Origin: the human T2T-CHM13v2.0 reference genome, Homo sapiens
NCBI RefSeq assembly: GCF_009914755.1
Contig: NC_060947.1
Direction: 5' to 3' (one strand)
Length of the DNA: 64,000 bases
Below the pieces are notes generated by a model. That model did not search any database. It saw only the letters and a list, made by a program, of their open reading frames with translations, and was not told the origin of the DNA. A program made the translations under genes and the position numbers. How positions within the stretch are numbered: position 1 is the first letter of the stretch; each line of letters starts with the position of its first letter. Shown here one piece after another: positions 16,091 through 29,818 of this stretch.

Positions 16091-17021
16091 GGAGGGAGTG
16101 AAGAGTTGAAAAAATTAATTCTATCTACAATATGGGAAATTTTCTTTTTTTAAAGACAAAAGGAACTTCATATCATCCCTGCCTCCAAGATATGACATAC
16201 AATATATGTAGCAATAGCATGGGAAGTTTTCTTACATCAAATTTGCATTAGCCAAAGTCATAAAATAACTTGGTTTCCAACTACCCCCAATATTTAAATG
16301 ATTGTTGTTAAAATATTTGTGTGCTGTGTACGAGAAGTGCCCAGAAATTATGTTATAAGAAATAGGATCAGACTTTGAAAGGCCTTGAGAACCATGCCAA
16401 GAAGTTTAGCCTTGATCCAAGAATAACAGGAAGCTATTGAGGCCCCTGTAACTTTGTATTCAGAGACCCCAAAATGACCTTCTTCCTATATCTCACTACA
16501 GTGTTAGCCCAGGTGTACATACCAACAAAATTGGTTTTATCCTCCTTGCCCATACCTAGTGGGGCTTTCAGTACACTAGGCAGATAGTTACACATCAAAT
16601 TTTGCTGATTTATTTTAAAATGATGGAAATAAAAATTATGTTTCTCATGGTGTCTGCCCTCTTTCTACTGAGGCTCCACTTAAGAGAAGAGTACTATTTC
16701 TTTGTTTGTTTATAACTTCCTTTTTTCTGCCCCAACTTTGTCTTCATTGCCTCTATTGTCCTACTATTGTCTGTTATATAAGCAGGCCCATGTACGTGAT
16801 TCAGAAGACCTTCAGGGCCCAACTACGAAAAATTCCACTGTTCCTGTCTCCCTGGATGCTATAGTAACATGTACAAGGATAGAACACCAAGTACATATGG
16901 CACTCTCTCTATGCTTATTAGCATTGAGTCTCATTAGTCTTACTAGACTTCCTCTGTATCCTCTTTTAATATTCTGACTAATGTAACCTCTTTGCTTCCC
17001 CAAAACTGTGATAAGGGCATG

Positions 17022-17449
17022 TGTCTTACTCTGTTTGTGTTGCTATAAAAGAATACCTGAGGCTGCGTAATTTATTACAAAAAAGAGGTTTATTTCACTT
17101 AGAGTTCTGCAGGCTAAATAAGAAGCATGGCACCAGAGTCTGGTTCTGTGGAGGGCTTCAGGCTGCTTCCACTCATAGCAGAAGGTGAAGGGGAGCCCGT
17201 GTATGCAGGAATCACATGGCAAGAGAGGAAGCAAGACAAAGGGGAGGGAGCTGCCAAACTGAATTAAACAACCAGCTCTTGTGGGAACTAATAGATAATG
17301 AACTCATTCATTACCATGAGGATGGCATTAAGCCATTCATGAGGGATCCACACCCATGACTCAAACACCTCCCATTAGGCCCCACCTCCAACATTAGGGA
17401 ACAAATTTCAACATGAGGCTTGTGGGACAAGTATATCCAAACTATAGCA
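17022..17449 (-). mobile_element. MST-type MaLR solo LTR
   Basis: tgtcttactctgtttgtgttgctataaaagaatacctgaggctg...aaactatagca. 5-bp TSD gcatg/gcata. Confidence 0.85.
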
Positions 17450-17990
17450 GCATAGATGGGAACCAGCTAACTGAGATTTCTTCCTGAGGAAATGGATTTT
17501 GATTTGCAGAGTGAAACTGGGAAGGATACAACAAATGGAAGTGCTTACTCATTTTATACCTGAAAAAATTAGGAAAGCTTCTACCCTCTAACTACAAATA
17601 GATTTCTTGAGTACTTATTCATTCATTCATTAATCCATTCAATATGTTAATTAAATGCCTACAATATTCCAGGTACAGTGCCAGGACCTGAAAATACGTT
17701 ATGAGCTGAAACGGACACTTTTGTAGCCCTGTTACCAGAGTAATTGGTATAGTGGAAAAAATAATGGACTTCAAGCCAAAAAGAGCGGTGGTCTCCCAAA
17801 TACTGGCCAAATAATTTTTTCTAGTCTCTGAAATGTAGACAAAGATATGTATTCTACTTTCCTCCCAGGAAAAACTATATCAATTGCTGCCATTTATATG
17901 CAACCACAGTACAAATGCCTTACATTAGTATTATTTTGAGTTTTTAATAACAACAATGCTTTAGTGTAATTACTTTACTGTAAGTACGCT

Positions 17991-18410
17991 TGTATCCCTC
18001 ATTACTGCTGTGTAACAAGAGGCCACAAAATCTCAGTAGAACAAAACAATAACCATTTAACTTCATTCTTGTGAGCCTACAGATCAGCTAGGGTTGTTCT
18101 GCTTCATGTTGCAGGTCTGTGGGTCAGCTAGGGTGACTCTGATCCACATACCTCTTATTCTGGGATCAGTGAGCTACCGGGGAGGCACGTTGTTTTCAAG
18201 ACAGTGGCAAAAGCACAATAAAGAGAAGCAGAAACGTGAGAGGGTTCTTAAGGCCTACGTTCAGAATTGCACTGTCATTTCTATCCATGTTCCATTGCTC
18301 CAAGAAAATCACGTGACCAAGCCCAACATCAATGAGGTGGAGAAATACATGTCAACAGTGGCAGAGAGAAGGAAGTGAAGATTTGCTAAATAATCATCTA
18401 TGTCATCCCA
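17991..18410. mobile_element. Old MLT1-like MaLR LTR (diverged)
   Basis: tgctgtgtaacaa...caaaatctcagt and cacgtgaccaagcccaacatcaatg motifs. Boundaries approximate. Confidence 0.55.
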
Positions 18411-20049
18411 ACTCTCCTTTTCTCTAGTTAAGATAAAAAATAATAATTTGGGGTAGGACATATGCTTTCAACATGCCATATTCCTGCTCAAAAGCCACAC
18501 TGCAATGGCTCTGTAGTACATGTTTATTAAACAAGCCAACAGTGATCACTAACCCCTTTCTCCCTTGACACCTCAATTAGAGAGGCTGGAAAGCCCAATA
18601 CTTCCTTTCCCATCCTCCTTTGCCTAAAAGGATAAGCATATGGCCCAGTCCTGTCCAGTGAAACAAAGTCAGAAGTCTGACAGAGGCTTTTGGAAAAACT
18701 TTTGTTCCCTTTAGAAAGGGTCAGGTATGAGAACAGAGCTGGCTGGCAACACCACTTCCCCTTCTTTCCAATATGAATGTAGAAGTGATACCATTTTAAG
18801 ACTAATATGACAAGCCAACATCCTCAGGACTGGTTCACTGGTGGCATTACCAGACATCTCATGTGAGTAAAATAAAGCTTTATTTGTTAAAGTCACTTTT
18901 GGGTTACTTGAAGATAAAATGCATCCTATACAGACTCTCAATTGTCTATTAGATAAAAACGAAACTCTTCTGCATGGCTTTCCATGGCCTTATTATCTTG
19001 GATCCCATCTGCCTACCCACCCTTTAAAAACATGCACCCTCAACTCAGGCCATACTACTCTCTTCATGTCTTTGCTCTTGGAATGCCCTCTCTCTTCCCA
19101 TTTGCTAATCCAACTACAATCCATTCTTCAACACCAAGCTCATAACCAACTTTCTTCATGTAATTGAACTCAAAGTGAACTCTTTCCTTTTCTGAAACCC
19201 AGTTGAGAGTCAATCCAACAAGAACCTAGCTTAGCTTTTGTGTTCTCCACATTGATTGGGTAACTGTCTCATAGCCCTTAACAAGAATGAACATTTCTTA
19301 CGGATGGCTCCCCATGGCTCTGAGTGGTACCAGTCTTAGAATATAGCACAATACAATAAAAATGTATTGATTATTATAAATAGGACATAGTTTCTACTTT
19401 ATAAATAGGCTGGAATCCAAGTAATTTTCAAGTAGTCAGTTGTCTGGAAGTTAGAATATATTTTCTATAGAAAATCCAACCAATCTACTTCCCTAGAGAT
19501 GTAAAGAGAAAAGCATCTCCTCATCTTTCCTTTGCCCTAGATAAGCCCTAATGCAATACTCATCCATTTGTTCATTCATATAACAAATATTTATCTGGTA
19601 CCTATAATATTGGTCATGTAGCATTACTTTGATAAGCTATCTTTAACACGTCTCCATCTTCCTCTCTATTACTTTCTAGAATACCAGCATTTTTTTTCTA
19701 TGCTAAGCTCCAACTCAGACTTCCTCTCTGCCCCAAATGCTCCATGTTGCCAAAGTTATCTATACTCCTACCCTTATCACAGGGCCTTGTTTTTTCAGGC
19801 AGTGGTTTAGGAGAAAACCCATCTGACCATGCTAATTCACACAAGCTATGAATCACTAAGAGCCATTTACAAGTCCCGCATTGCTGCTTTTTTTGTTCAT
19901 ATAAACTAATCTTTCGACTCTGTAGAAGTTCATTCCAAATACAAGTTAGAAAAGCTCACAATGTTGAAGAAGTCATCAGGTAGTAGGTAAGCTAACTCTC
20001 CTCTGAACCCAGGGGCATGTCATGTCAAGCATCTTTTCCTCCAGTTCTG

Positions 20050-21880
20050 AACTTAAGGAATCAGTTTTAAAACCCAACTTGATTGAGGTATGCTTGATAT
20101 ACAATAGCCTGCACACATTTAAAGAGTATGATTTTAAAATTTGGACATGTGTATACACTTATGAAAGCATCAACACAATAAAGGGAAAGAACATTTCCAT
20201 CACCTCTAAAAATTGCCCCCGTCCCTTTGTAATCCACTGATCTGCTTTCTATCGTTATAGACTAGTTTCCTAGTTTTTTTATATAAATGGAATCATATGG
20301 TAGATAGACGAAGTATGGATGGAAAGATAAAGTATTTTTGGCTCCTTTCTGGCAGCTTAGTCGTGAACATATCAATAGTTCATTCCTTTTTACTGCTGAA
20401 TAATATTCCATTGTATGGATATACCATAATTTTTCTTATTCATTCACCTATTGATGGATGTGTTGGTAAAAACCAACACATCTTTCAACTATTGGGGCTA
20501 TTACAAATAACGTTGCTATGTGATGAAAAAAACTGAAGATGACACAAATAAATGGAAAGATGTCTGTTCATGGATTGAAAGAACTAATATTGTTAAAATG
20601 TCTGTATTATACAAAGCACTGTATAGATTCAATGCAATTCCTACCAAAATTTCAATGTCATTCTTCACAGAAATAGAAAAAAATTCAAAATTCACATGAA
20701 ACCACAAAAGACCCCAAATAGCCAAACCATCTTGAGCAAAAAGAACAAAGTTTGAGGCATCACACTACTGGATGGCAAAATATATTACAAAGACATAATA
20801 ATCAGAAGAGCATAATACTGGCATAAAAATAGACATATTGACCAGTGGAATAAGATAAAAAAGCCCAGACATAAACCTACGCATTTATGGTCAACTGATT
20901 TTCAACAAAGCTTCCAAGAACACACAATGGGGAAAGGAGAGTCTCTTCAATAAATGGTGTTAGGGAAACTACATATGAGGAAGAACGAAACTGGAGTTTT
21001 ATCTCACCCCTTCAATGAGAATCAACTCTAAATGAATTAAAGACTTAAATATAAGACCTGAAACTATAAAACTACTAGAAGAAAACATAGAGGAAAAGCT
21101 CCATAACAATAGTCTGGGCAATGATTTCCTGGATATGACCCCAAAGGCACAGGCAACTAAAGCAAAAATAGATAAATGGGATTATATCAAACTGAAAAGC
21201 TTCTGCACATAAATGAAACAATTGAAGCAAAGGGACAACGTACAGATTCGGAGAAAATATTTGCAAATCATACCTCAAATAAAGGGGTTTAATATCCAAA
21301 ATATACAAGAAACTCAAACTACTCAATAACAAGAAAACAAAATAGCTCTATTAAAAAAATGGGCAAAGGATCTGAATAGACATTTCTCAAAGGAAGGCAT
21401 ACAAACAACCAAGAGATATATGAAAAAATGCTCAACATATTTAATCATCAGAGAAATGTAAAATAAAATCACAATGTGAAATCACCTCACAATTGTTAGA
21501 TGTGCTATTATTAAAAAGATGAAAGATAACAAGTTTTGGCAAGAATGTGGAGAAAAGGGAACCCTTGGAGACCGTTGGTAATATTGTACATTAGTACATT
21601 TTGGGAAACAGTATGGCAGGTCCTCAAAAAACTAAAAATAAAATTATCATACAATCCAGCAATCCCGCTTCTGGATATATATCCAAAGGAATTGAAATTA
21701 GTATGTTAAAGAGATGTCTGCTCTCTTATATTCATTGCAGTATTATTCACAATAGTGAAGATACAGAAACAGAAGTGCTCATCAATGAACAATGGCTTTT
21801 TAAAAGGTAGTATATATATATATACACACACATATATATATACACACACATATATATATACACACATATATATACACACA

Positions 21881-21948
<68 letters not shown>

Positions 21949-22930
21949 CAATGGAAAACTAACTTTCCAGCCTTATAAAAGCAGGAAATTCTGTCATTTG
22001 CAACAACATGAATGAACCTACAGGACATTACACTAAGTGAAATAAGACAGGCACAAAGAGACAAATACCATATGATCTTACTTATATGTGGAATCTAAAA
22101 AAATCAAACTTCACAGAAGTAAAGATTAGAGGGTAACAGTTACCAGGGACTAGAAATGAGGGGGTACACAGAAAAAGGGGAGACCCTGGTCAAAGGGTAC
22201 AAATTTCAGTTAGACGGAGGCACGATTCACAATACTCAATATATGGAATCAACCTAAGTGTCCATAGTTGGATAAATGGATTAAAAAAGATGTATATACA
22301 AACAATGGAATACTATTCAGCTATAAAAAAAGAAGGAAATTCTGCCATTTGTGACAAAATGGATGAACTTGAAGGACATTATTATAGGTGAAGTAAGCTA
22401 AGCACAGAAAAACAAACACTACATGATCTCCCTCATATATGGAATCTCAGAAAGTTGATCTCATAGAAGTAGACAGCAGAATAGTGGCTACCAGAGGCTG
22501 AGCAAGGGAGGTGGTAGAGAGGGAATGGGGAAGAGATTGATCAATCGGTACAAAGTTAAAGTTCAATAAGAGATATAAGTTCTGGAGTTCTATTGTACCG
22601 TAGGGTTACTATATTCAACAATCATGTACCGTATACTTCAAAATAGCTAGAAGAGAGGATTTTGAATGTTCTCACCACAAAGAAATGACAAATGTTTGAG
22701 GTAATGGAAATGCTAATTATAGTGATTTGATCATTACTCAATGTATATATTTGTCAAAACATCACACTGTACCCCATAAATATGTACAATTATTATGTGT
22801 CAATTAAAACCAAAATATTTAAAAAACTAAAATGTCATGCACATTCACATACATGTCTTTATAGGGACATATCCTTTCACTAATCTTGGATAAATATCTA
22901 GGAGTGAAATGGCTGGGTCATATGGAAACC
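20050..22930. mobile_element. Old L1M 3' fragment (-) at ~20050-20520 and ~22835-22930, interrupted by two L1MA-like pieces (+) at ~20521-22219 and ~22220-22830
   Basis: Degenerate ORF2 3' and 3'UTR sequence. The minus-strand L1M sequence resumes after 22835. Confidence 0.75.
21810..21950. repeat. Compound (TA)n/(CA)n microsatellite
   Basis: Directly visible. Confidence 0.95.
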
Positions 22931-23220
22931 TGAAATATATTTGGAAACTCTAAGGATTTTCTGTCATTCCCAAAGTATTAGCATCAGAGGCCTTGTTCAT
23001 AGGTGCAGAGGTAAGAGGCATTTAAACATCATGTGTTTATAACCAGAGGTTTGCCAATGGTTGGGAAACAATTCTTCATGAGTATTTCATTCTGCGCAAA
23101 GGCATCAACAGCTTTAGTACTAAACTTTTTTCCAAGGATGTCTGTGTAATACAGAGCCAGGACTAGAGTGAAGCAAGCGTGGCACCTAGGATTCAAAGCT
23201 TAAAGAGTCGTGGTGGCACA

Positions 23221-26200
23221 GATAATGAAGAAAAGCAGGTGGGGCGACAGCCCACCCAGGAGTGGCACAGAGACCAAGGAACCCCCACCCCCAGCCAAGG
23301 GAAGCAGTGAGTGATTGTGCAATCCCACCCAGGAAACCACACTTCTCCCATGGATCTTTGCAACCAGCGGATCAGAAGATCCCCTCATACGCCCACTCCA
23401 CCAGGGCTTTGGGTCCAATACAAGAGCTGTGTGGTATCCTGGCAGAGCAGCTGCTCAGGCACACACAGAGGCCCAGGAGTTTTGCATAATCCTGCCCCAG
23501 GATTCCTGACAAGGCAGAAGATTCATCCCTACATATCCCTTGGAGTGGGGGCTGAATCCAGGGAGCCAAGAAGTGTCTGTGGGCCCCATTTCCATGGCAC
23601 CTCATAACTTAAGACCCACTGGCTTCGAATTCCAGCCAGCCAGTGGTGACAGGCTGGAGCCAGCCTAGTAAAAGGACTGAGTTCCCAGGGGGAGGAGCGG
23701 CTGCCAACTCTGCAGTTTGGTCAACTCAGGTGTTCCAGCCTGCTGGCTCCAGAGAGTCCAGATGGTCCAGATGAGGAAGGTTTCCCCACAACACAGCACA
23801 GCTGTGCTACCAAAAAGCAGCCAGACTGCTTCTTTAAGCAGGCCCTGATCTTGTTCCTCCTGACTGGGTGAGACCTCCCAACAGGGGTCTCCAGGCACCG
23901 CCTACAGGCACAGTTCAGGCTGGCAACAGGTCAGTACCCCGCTGGGACAGAGCTTCCAGAGGAAGAAGCAAGCTGCCATCTTTGCTATTTCACAGCCTTC
24001 ACTGGTGATACCTCCAGGTATGGGAAAAACAAAGGCAACTAGGGTCTGGAGCAAACCTCCAGCAAACTGCAGCAGTCCTGTGGAAGAGTGGCCTGGCTCT
24101 TAAAAGACAAACAGAAAACAACAACATCAACAAAAGAGAGCCCACAAAAACCCCATTCAAAGGTCAGAAACCTCAAAGGTCAAAGGTAGATAAGCCCACA
24201 AAGATGAGAAAGAATCAATGCAAAAACGCTGAAAACTCAAAAAGCCAGTGTGCCTCATCTCCAAATGACTGCAACACCTCTCCAGCAAGGGCACAGAACT
24301 GGGCTGAGGCTGAGATGACTGAATTGACAGAAGTAGGCTTCTGAAGGTGAGTAACAACAAACTTCACTGAGCTAACAGAGTATGTTGTAACCCAATGCCA
24401 AGAAGCTAGCAATCAGGATAAAACAATAGAGGAACTGATAGCCAGTTTAGAGAGGAACATAACTGACCCGATGAGCTGAAAACCATGAGAACTTCACAAT
24501 GCAATCACAAGTATCAATAGCAGAATATACCAAGTGGAGGAAAAATCTCAGCATTTGAAGACTATCTTTATGAAATAAGACAAGCAGACAAGAATAGAGA
24601 AAAAAGAATGAAAATAAACGAAACCTCTGAGAAATATGGGATTATGCAAAGAGACTGAAACTACAGCTGATTGGGGTACCTGAAGGAGACGGGGAGAATG
24701 GAACCAGGTTGTAAAACATACCTCAGGATATCATCGAGGAGAACTTTCCCAATCTAGCAAGACAGGCCAACATTCAAATTCAGGAACTGCAGAGAACCCC
24801 AATAAGATACTCCATGAGACAGTCAACTCCAAGACACTTTATCATCAGATTTTCCAAGGCTGAAATGAATGAAAAAATATTAAGGGCAGCCAGAGAGAAA
24901 GCCCAGGTCACCTACAAAGGAAACACATTGGACTAACAGTGGGCCTCTCAGCAGAAACCCTACAATCCAGAAGAGATTGGGGGTCAATACTCAATATTCC
25001 TAAGGAAAATAATTTCCAACTCAGAATTTCATATCTGGCCAAACTAAGCTTCATAAGTGAAGGAGAAATAAGATCCTTTTCAGACAAGCAAATGGAAGGA
25101 ATTTGTCACTACCAGGCCTGCTTTGCAAGAGCTCCTGAAAGAAGCACTAAATATGGAAAGGAAAAACTGTTACAAGCCACTAAAAAAGCACACCAAAGTA
25201 CACAGACCAGTGACACTATGAAGCAACCAGAGAAACAAGTCTGCAAAATAACTAGCTAGCATCATGATGACAGGATCAAATTCACACATAACAATACGAA
25301 CCTTAAATGTAAATGGGCTAAACACCCCAATTAAAGGACACAGAATGGCAAGCTGGATAATGAGCCAAGACCCATTGACATGCTGTCTTCAAAAGACCCA
25401 TTTCACGTGCAAAGACACAAATAGGCTCAAAATAAAGGGATGGATGAAAATTTACCAAGCAAATAGAAAACAGAAAAAAGCAGGAGTTGCAATCTTAGTT
25501 TCTGACAAAACAGACTTGAAACCAACAAGGATCAAAAAAGACAAAGAAGGGCACTACATAATAGTAAAGGGTTCAATTCAATAAGAAGAGCTAACTATCC
25601 TAAATATATATACACTCAATACAGGAGCAGTCAGATTCATAAAGCAAGTTCTTTGAAACCTACGGAGACAGGCCGGGCATGGTGGCTCATGCCTGTAATC
25701 GCAGCACTTTGGGAGGCCGAGGTGGGCGAATCAGAAGTTCAGGAGATTGAGACCATCCCAGCCAACATGGTGAAATCCTGTCTCTACTAAAAATACAAAA
25801 ATTAGCTGGGCGTGGTGGCGGGTGCCTGTAGTCCCAGCTACTCGGGAGGCTGAGGCAGAAGAATCACTTGAACCCAGGAAGCAGTGGTGGTAGTGAGCCA
25901 AGATCATGCCACTGCACTCCAGCCTGGGTGACAAGAGCAAAAACTCTGTATCAAAAAAAAAAAAAAAAAAGAAAAAAGAAAGAAAAAAGAAAAAAAAAGA
26001 AACCTGCAGAGACTTAGACTCCTACATGATAATAGTGGGACACTTTAACACCCCACTGACAATATTAGACAGATCATCAAGACAGCAAATTAACAGACAT
26101 TCAGGACCTGAACTCAGCTCTGGATCAAGTGGACCTGATAGATATCTACAGAATTCTCCACCCCAAAACAATAGAATATGCATTCTTCTCATCGCCACAT

Positions 26201-29200
26201 AGCACTTACTCTAAAATTGATCACATAATTGAAAGTAAAACACTCCTTAACAAATACAAAAGAACTGAAATCATAACAAACAGTCTCTCAGACCACAGTG
26301 CAATCAAATTAGAATTCAAGATTAAGAAATTCACTCAAAACCACACAACTACATGGAAATTGAACAAGCTGCTTTTGAATGACTCTTGGGTAAATAATTA
26401 AATTAAGGTGGACATCAAGAAGTTCTTTGAAACTAATGAGAACAAAGAGACAATGTACCAGAATCTCTGGGATGCAGCTAAAGCAGTGTTAAGAGAGAAA
26501 TTTATAACACTAAATGCCCACATCAAAAAGCTAAAAAGATCTCATATTGACACCCTAGCATCACAACTGAAAGAACTAGAGAACTAAGAGCAAACAAACC
26601 CCCAAACTAGCAGAAGACAAGAAATAACCAAGATCGGAGTGGAACTGAAGGCAAGAGAGACACGAAAAACTCTTAAAAAAAAAAATAAACGAATCCAGGA
26701 GCTGGTTTTTTGAAAAATTTAATTAAAAAGATAGACTGCAAGCTAGAGTAATAAAGAAGAAAAGAGAGAAGAATCAAATAAACACAATCAGAAATGATAA
26801 GGGGGATATCACCACTGACCCCACAGGAATACAAACAACCATCAGACAATACCACAAACACTTATATACACATAAACTAGAAAATCTAGAACAAATGGAT
26901 AAATTCCTGGACACATACACCCTCCCAAGACTGAACCAGGAAGAAATTGAATCCCTGAACAGACCAATAATGAGCTCTGAAATTGAGGCAGTAATAAATA
27001 GCCTATAACCAAGAAAAGCCCAGGACCAGACGAATTCACAACTGAGTTCTACCAGAGGTACAAAGAAGAGCTGGTACCATTTCTACTGAAACTATTACAA
27101 AAAATTGAAAAGAAGAGACTCCTCCCTAACTCATTCTATGAGGTCAGCATCATCCTGATACCAAAACCTGGCAGAGATACAACAAAAAAAGAAAGCTTCA
27201 GGACAATATCCTTGATTAATATTGATGCAAAAATCCTCAAAAATACTGGCAGACCAAATCCAGCAGCACATCAAAAAGCTTACCCACAATGACCAAATTG
27301 GCTTCATCTCTGGGATGCAAGGTTGGTTCAACATATACTAACCAATAAACGTAATTCATCACATAAACAGAACCAAAGACAAAAATCACATGATTATCTC
27401 AATAGATGCAGAAAAGGCCATCAATAAAATTCAGTATCCCTTCAAGTTAAAAACCCTCAATAAACTAGGTATTGAAGGAGCACACATCAAAATAATAAGA
27501 GCCATATATGACAAACTCACAGCCAATATCATACCGAATGGGCAAAAGCTGGAAGCATTTCCCTTGAAAAGCAGCACAAGACAAGGATACCCTCTCTCAC
27601 AACTCCTATTCAACATAGTATTGGAAGTTCTGGCCAGGGCAATCAGGCAAGATAAAGAAATAAAGGTATTCAAATAGGAAGAGAGGAAGTCAAATTATCT
27701 TTGTTTGCAGAAGACATGATACTATATCTAGAAAACCCCATCATCTCAGCGCAAAAGCTTCTTAAGCTGATAAGTAACTTTAGCAAAGTCTCAGAGTACA
27801 AAATCAATGTGCAAAAATCACTAGCATTCCTATATATCAACACCAGACAAGCAGGGAGCCAAATCATGAATGAACTGCCATTCACAATTGCTACAAAGAG
27901 AATAAAGTACCTAGCGATACAGCTAACAAGGGAAGTGAAGGACTTCATGTAGAACTACAAACCACTGCTCAAAGAAATCAGAGAGGACATAAACAAATGG
28001 AGAACCATTCCATGCTCATGGAGAGGAAGAATCAATATCATGAAAATTGCCATACTGCCCAAAGTAATTTATAGATTCAATACTATTCCCGTTAAACTAC
28101 CATTAACATTCTTCACATAATTAGACAAAAGAATTCAAAATTCATATGGAGCCAAAAAGAGCCTGAATAGCCAAGACAATCCTAAGCAAAAAGAACAAAG
28201 CTGCAGGCACCATGCTACCCAACTTCAAACTATATTACAAGGCTACAGTAACCAAAACAGCATGGTACTGGTATGAGAACAGACACATAGACCAATGGTA
28301 CAGAATAGAGAACTCGGAAATAAGACCGCACACCTACAACCATCTGATCTTTGACAAACCGGACGAAAACAAGCAGTGAGGAAAGGACTCCCTATTTAAT
28401 AAATGGTGCTGTGAGAACTGGCTAGCCATATGCAGAAAATTGAAACTGGACCCCTTCCTTACACAATATAGAAAAAATAACTCAAGATGAATTAAAGACT
28501 GAAATGTAAAACCCAAAACTGTAAAAACCCTAGAAGAAAATCTAGACACTATCATTCCGGACACAGACACGGGCAAAGATTTCATGATGAAAACACCAAA
28601 AGCAACTGCAACAAAAGCAAAAGTTGACAGATAGGATCTAATTAAACTAAACAGCTTCTGCACAGCATCAGAGTGAAGAGACAACCTACAGAATCAGAGA
28701 AAATCTTTGCAATCTATCCATCTGACAAAGGTCTAATATCCAGAGTCTACAAGAAACTTAAATTTACAAGGAAAAAACAAACAACCCCATTAAAAAGTGG
28801 GCAAAGGACAGGAACAGACACTTCTCAAAAGAAAACATACATGCAGCCAACAAACATGAAAAAAAAGCTCAACATCACTAATCATTAGAGAAATGCACAT
28901 CTAAACCACATTGAGCTACCATCTCATGCCAGTCAGAATGGCTATTATTAAAAGTTAAGAAATAACAGACGCTGGCAAGGTTGCAGAGAAAAAGGAAAGC
29001 TTTTACACTCTTGGTGGGAGTGTAGAGTAGTTCAATCATTGTGGAAGACAGTGTGGCAATTCCTCAAAGACCCAGAGGCAGAAATACCATCTGACCCAGC
29101 GATTCCATTACTGGGTATATACCCAAAGTAATATAAATCATTCTATTGTAAAGATACATGCACGCATATGTTCATTGCAGCACTATTCACAATAGCAAAG

Positions 29201-29653
29201 ACATGGAATCAACCTAAATGCCCATCAATGATAGACTGGATAAATAAAATGTGGTACATATAAACCATTTAATACTATGCAGCCGTAAAAAGGAACCAAA
29301 TCATGTCCTTTGCAAGGACATGGATGGAGTTGGAAGCCATTATCCTCAGCAAACTAACGCAGGAACAGAAAACCAAACACCATATGTTCTCACTTATAAG
29401 TGGGAGCTGAATGATGAAAACACATGGACCCATGGTGGGGAACAACACACACTGTGGCCTGTCAGAAGGGAGTGTGGGAGGAGGGAGAGCATCAGGAATA
29501 ATAGTTAATGGACACTGGGCTTAATACCTAGGTGATGGGATGATCTGTGCAACAAACCACCATGGCACACACTTACCTGTGTAACAAACCTGCAAATCCT
29601 GTACATGCACCCCTGAACTTAAAATAAAAGTTGAAAAAAATGTAAAAAACAAA
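23221..29653 (+). pseudogene. Old near-full-length primate L1 (older L1PA/L1PB group) with disrupted ORF1 and ORF2
   Basis: Old-type GC-rich 5'UTR. ORF remnants [32 protein letters not shown] and FAED(M) are broken by stops and frameshifts. 3'UTR and A-tail present; 19-bp CpG-decayed TSD. Confidence 0.92.
25671..25998 (+). mobile_element. AluS (Sc-like) SINE inserted in the endonuclease domain of the old L1
   Basis: Full Alu. TSD gaaacct(ac g/gc a)gagac at 25655-25669 and 25999-26013, with 2 mismatches. Confidence 0.9.
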
Positions 29654-29659
29654 AAAGAG

Positions 29660-29818
29660 TCACGGTGGTGCACACCTATAGTCCTAGCCACTTGGGAGGC
29701 TGAGGCAGTAAGATCGCTTGAGCCCAGGAATTCGAGGCTGCAGTGAGCTATGATCACACCATTGAACTCCAGTCTAGGGGACAGAGTGAGACCCTGTCTC
29801 CAAAAAAATAAATAAATA
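29660..29818 (+). mobile_element. Alu monomer or truncated AluJ (FRAM/FLAM-like)
   Basis: cacggtggtgcacacctatagtcctagc...gagcccaggaattcgaggctgcagtgagctatgatc...(AAAT)n. Confidence 0.8.

Noticed and set aside
21706-22064. CV/HT-repeat ORFs (also 42372-42594)
   Set aside because: Translations of (CA)n/(TA)n microsatellites.
24939-29508. Short ORFs resembling L1 ORF1/ORF2
   Set aside because: Fragments of a decayed L1 with stops, frameshifts, an Alu insertion and FADD changed to FAED.
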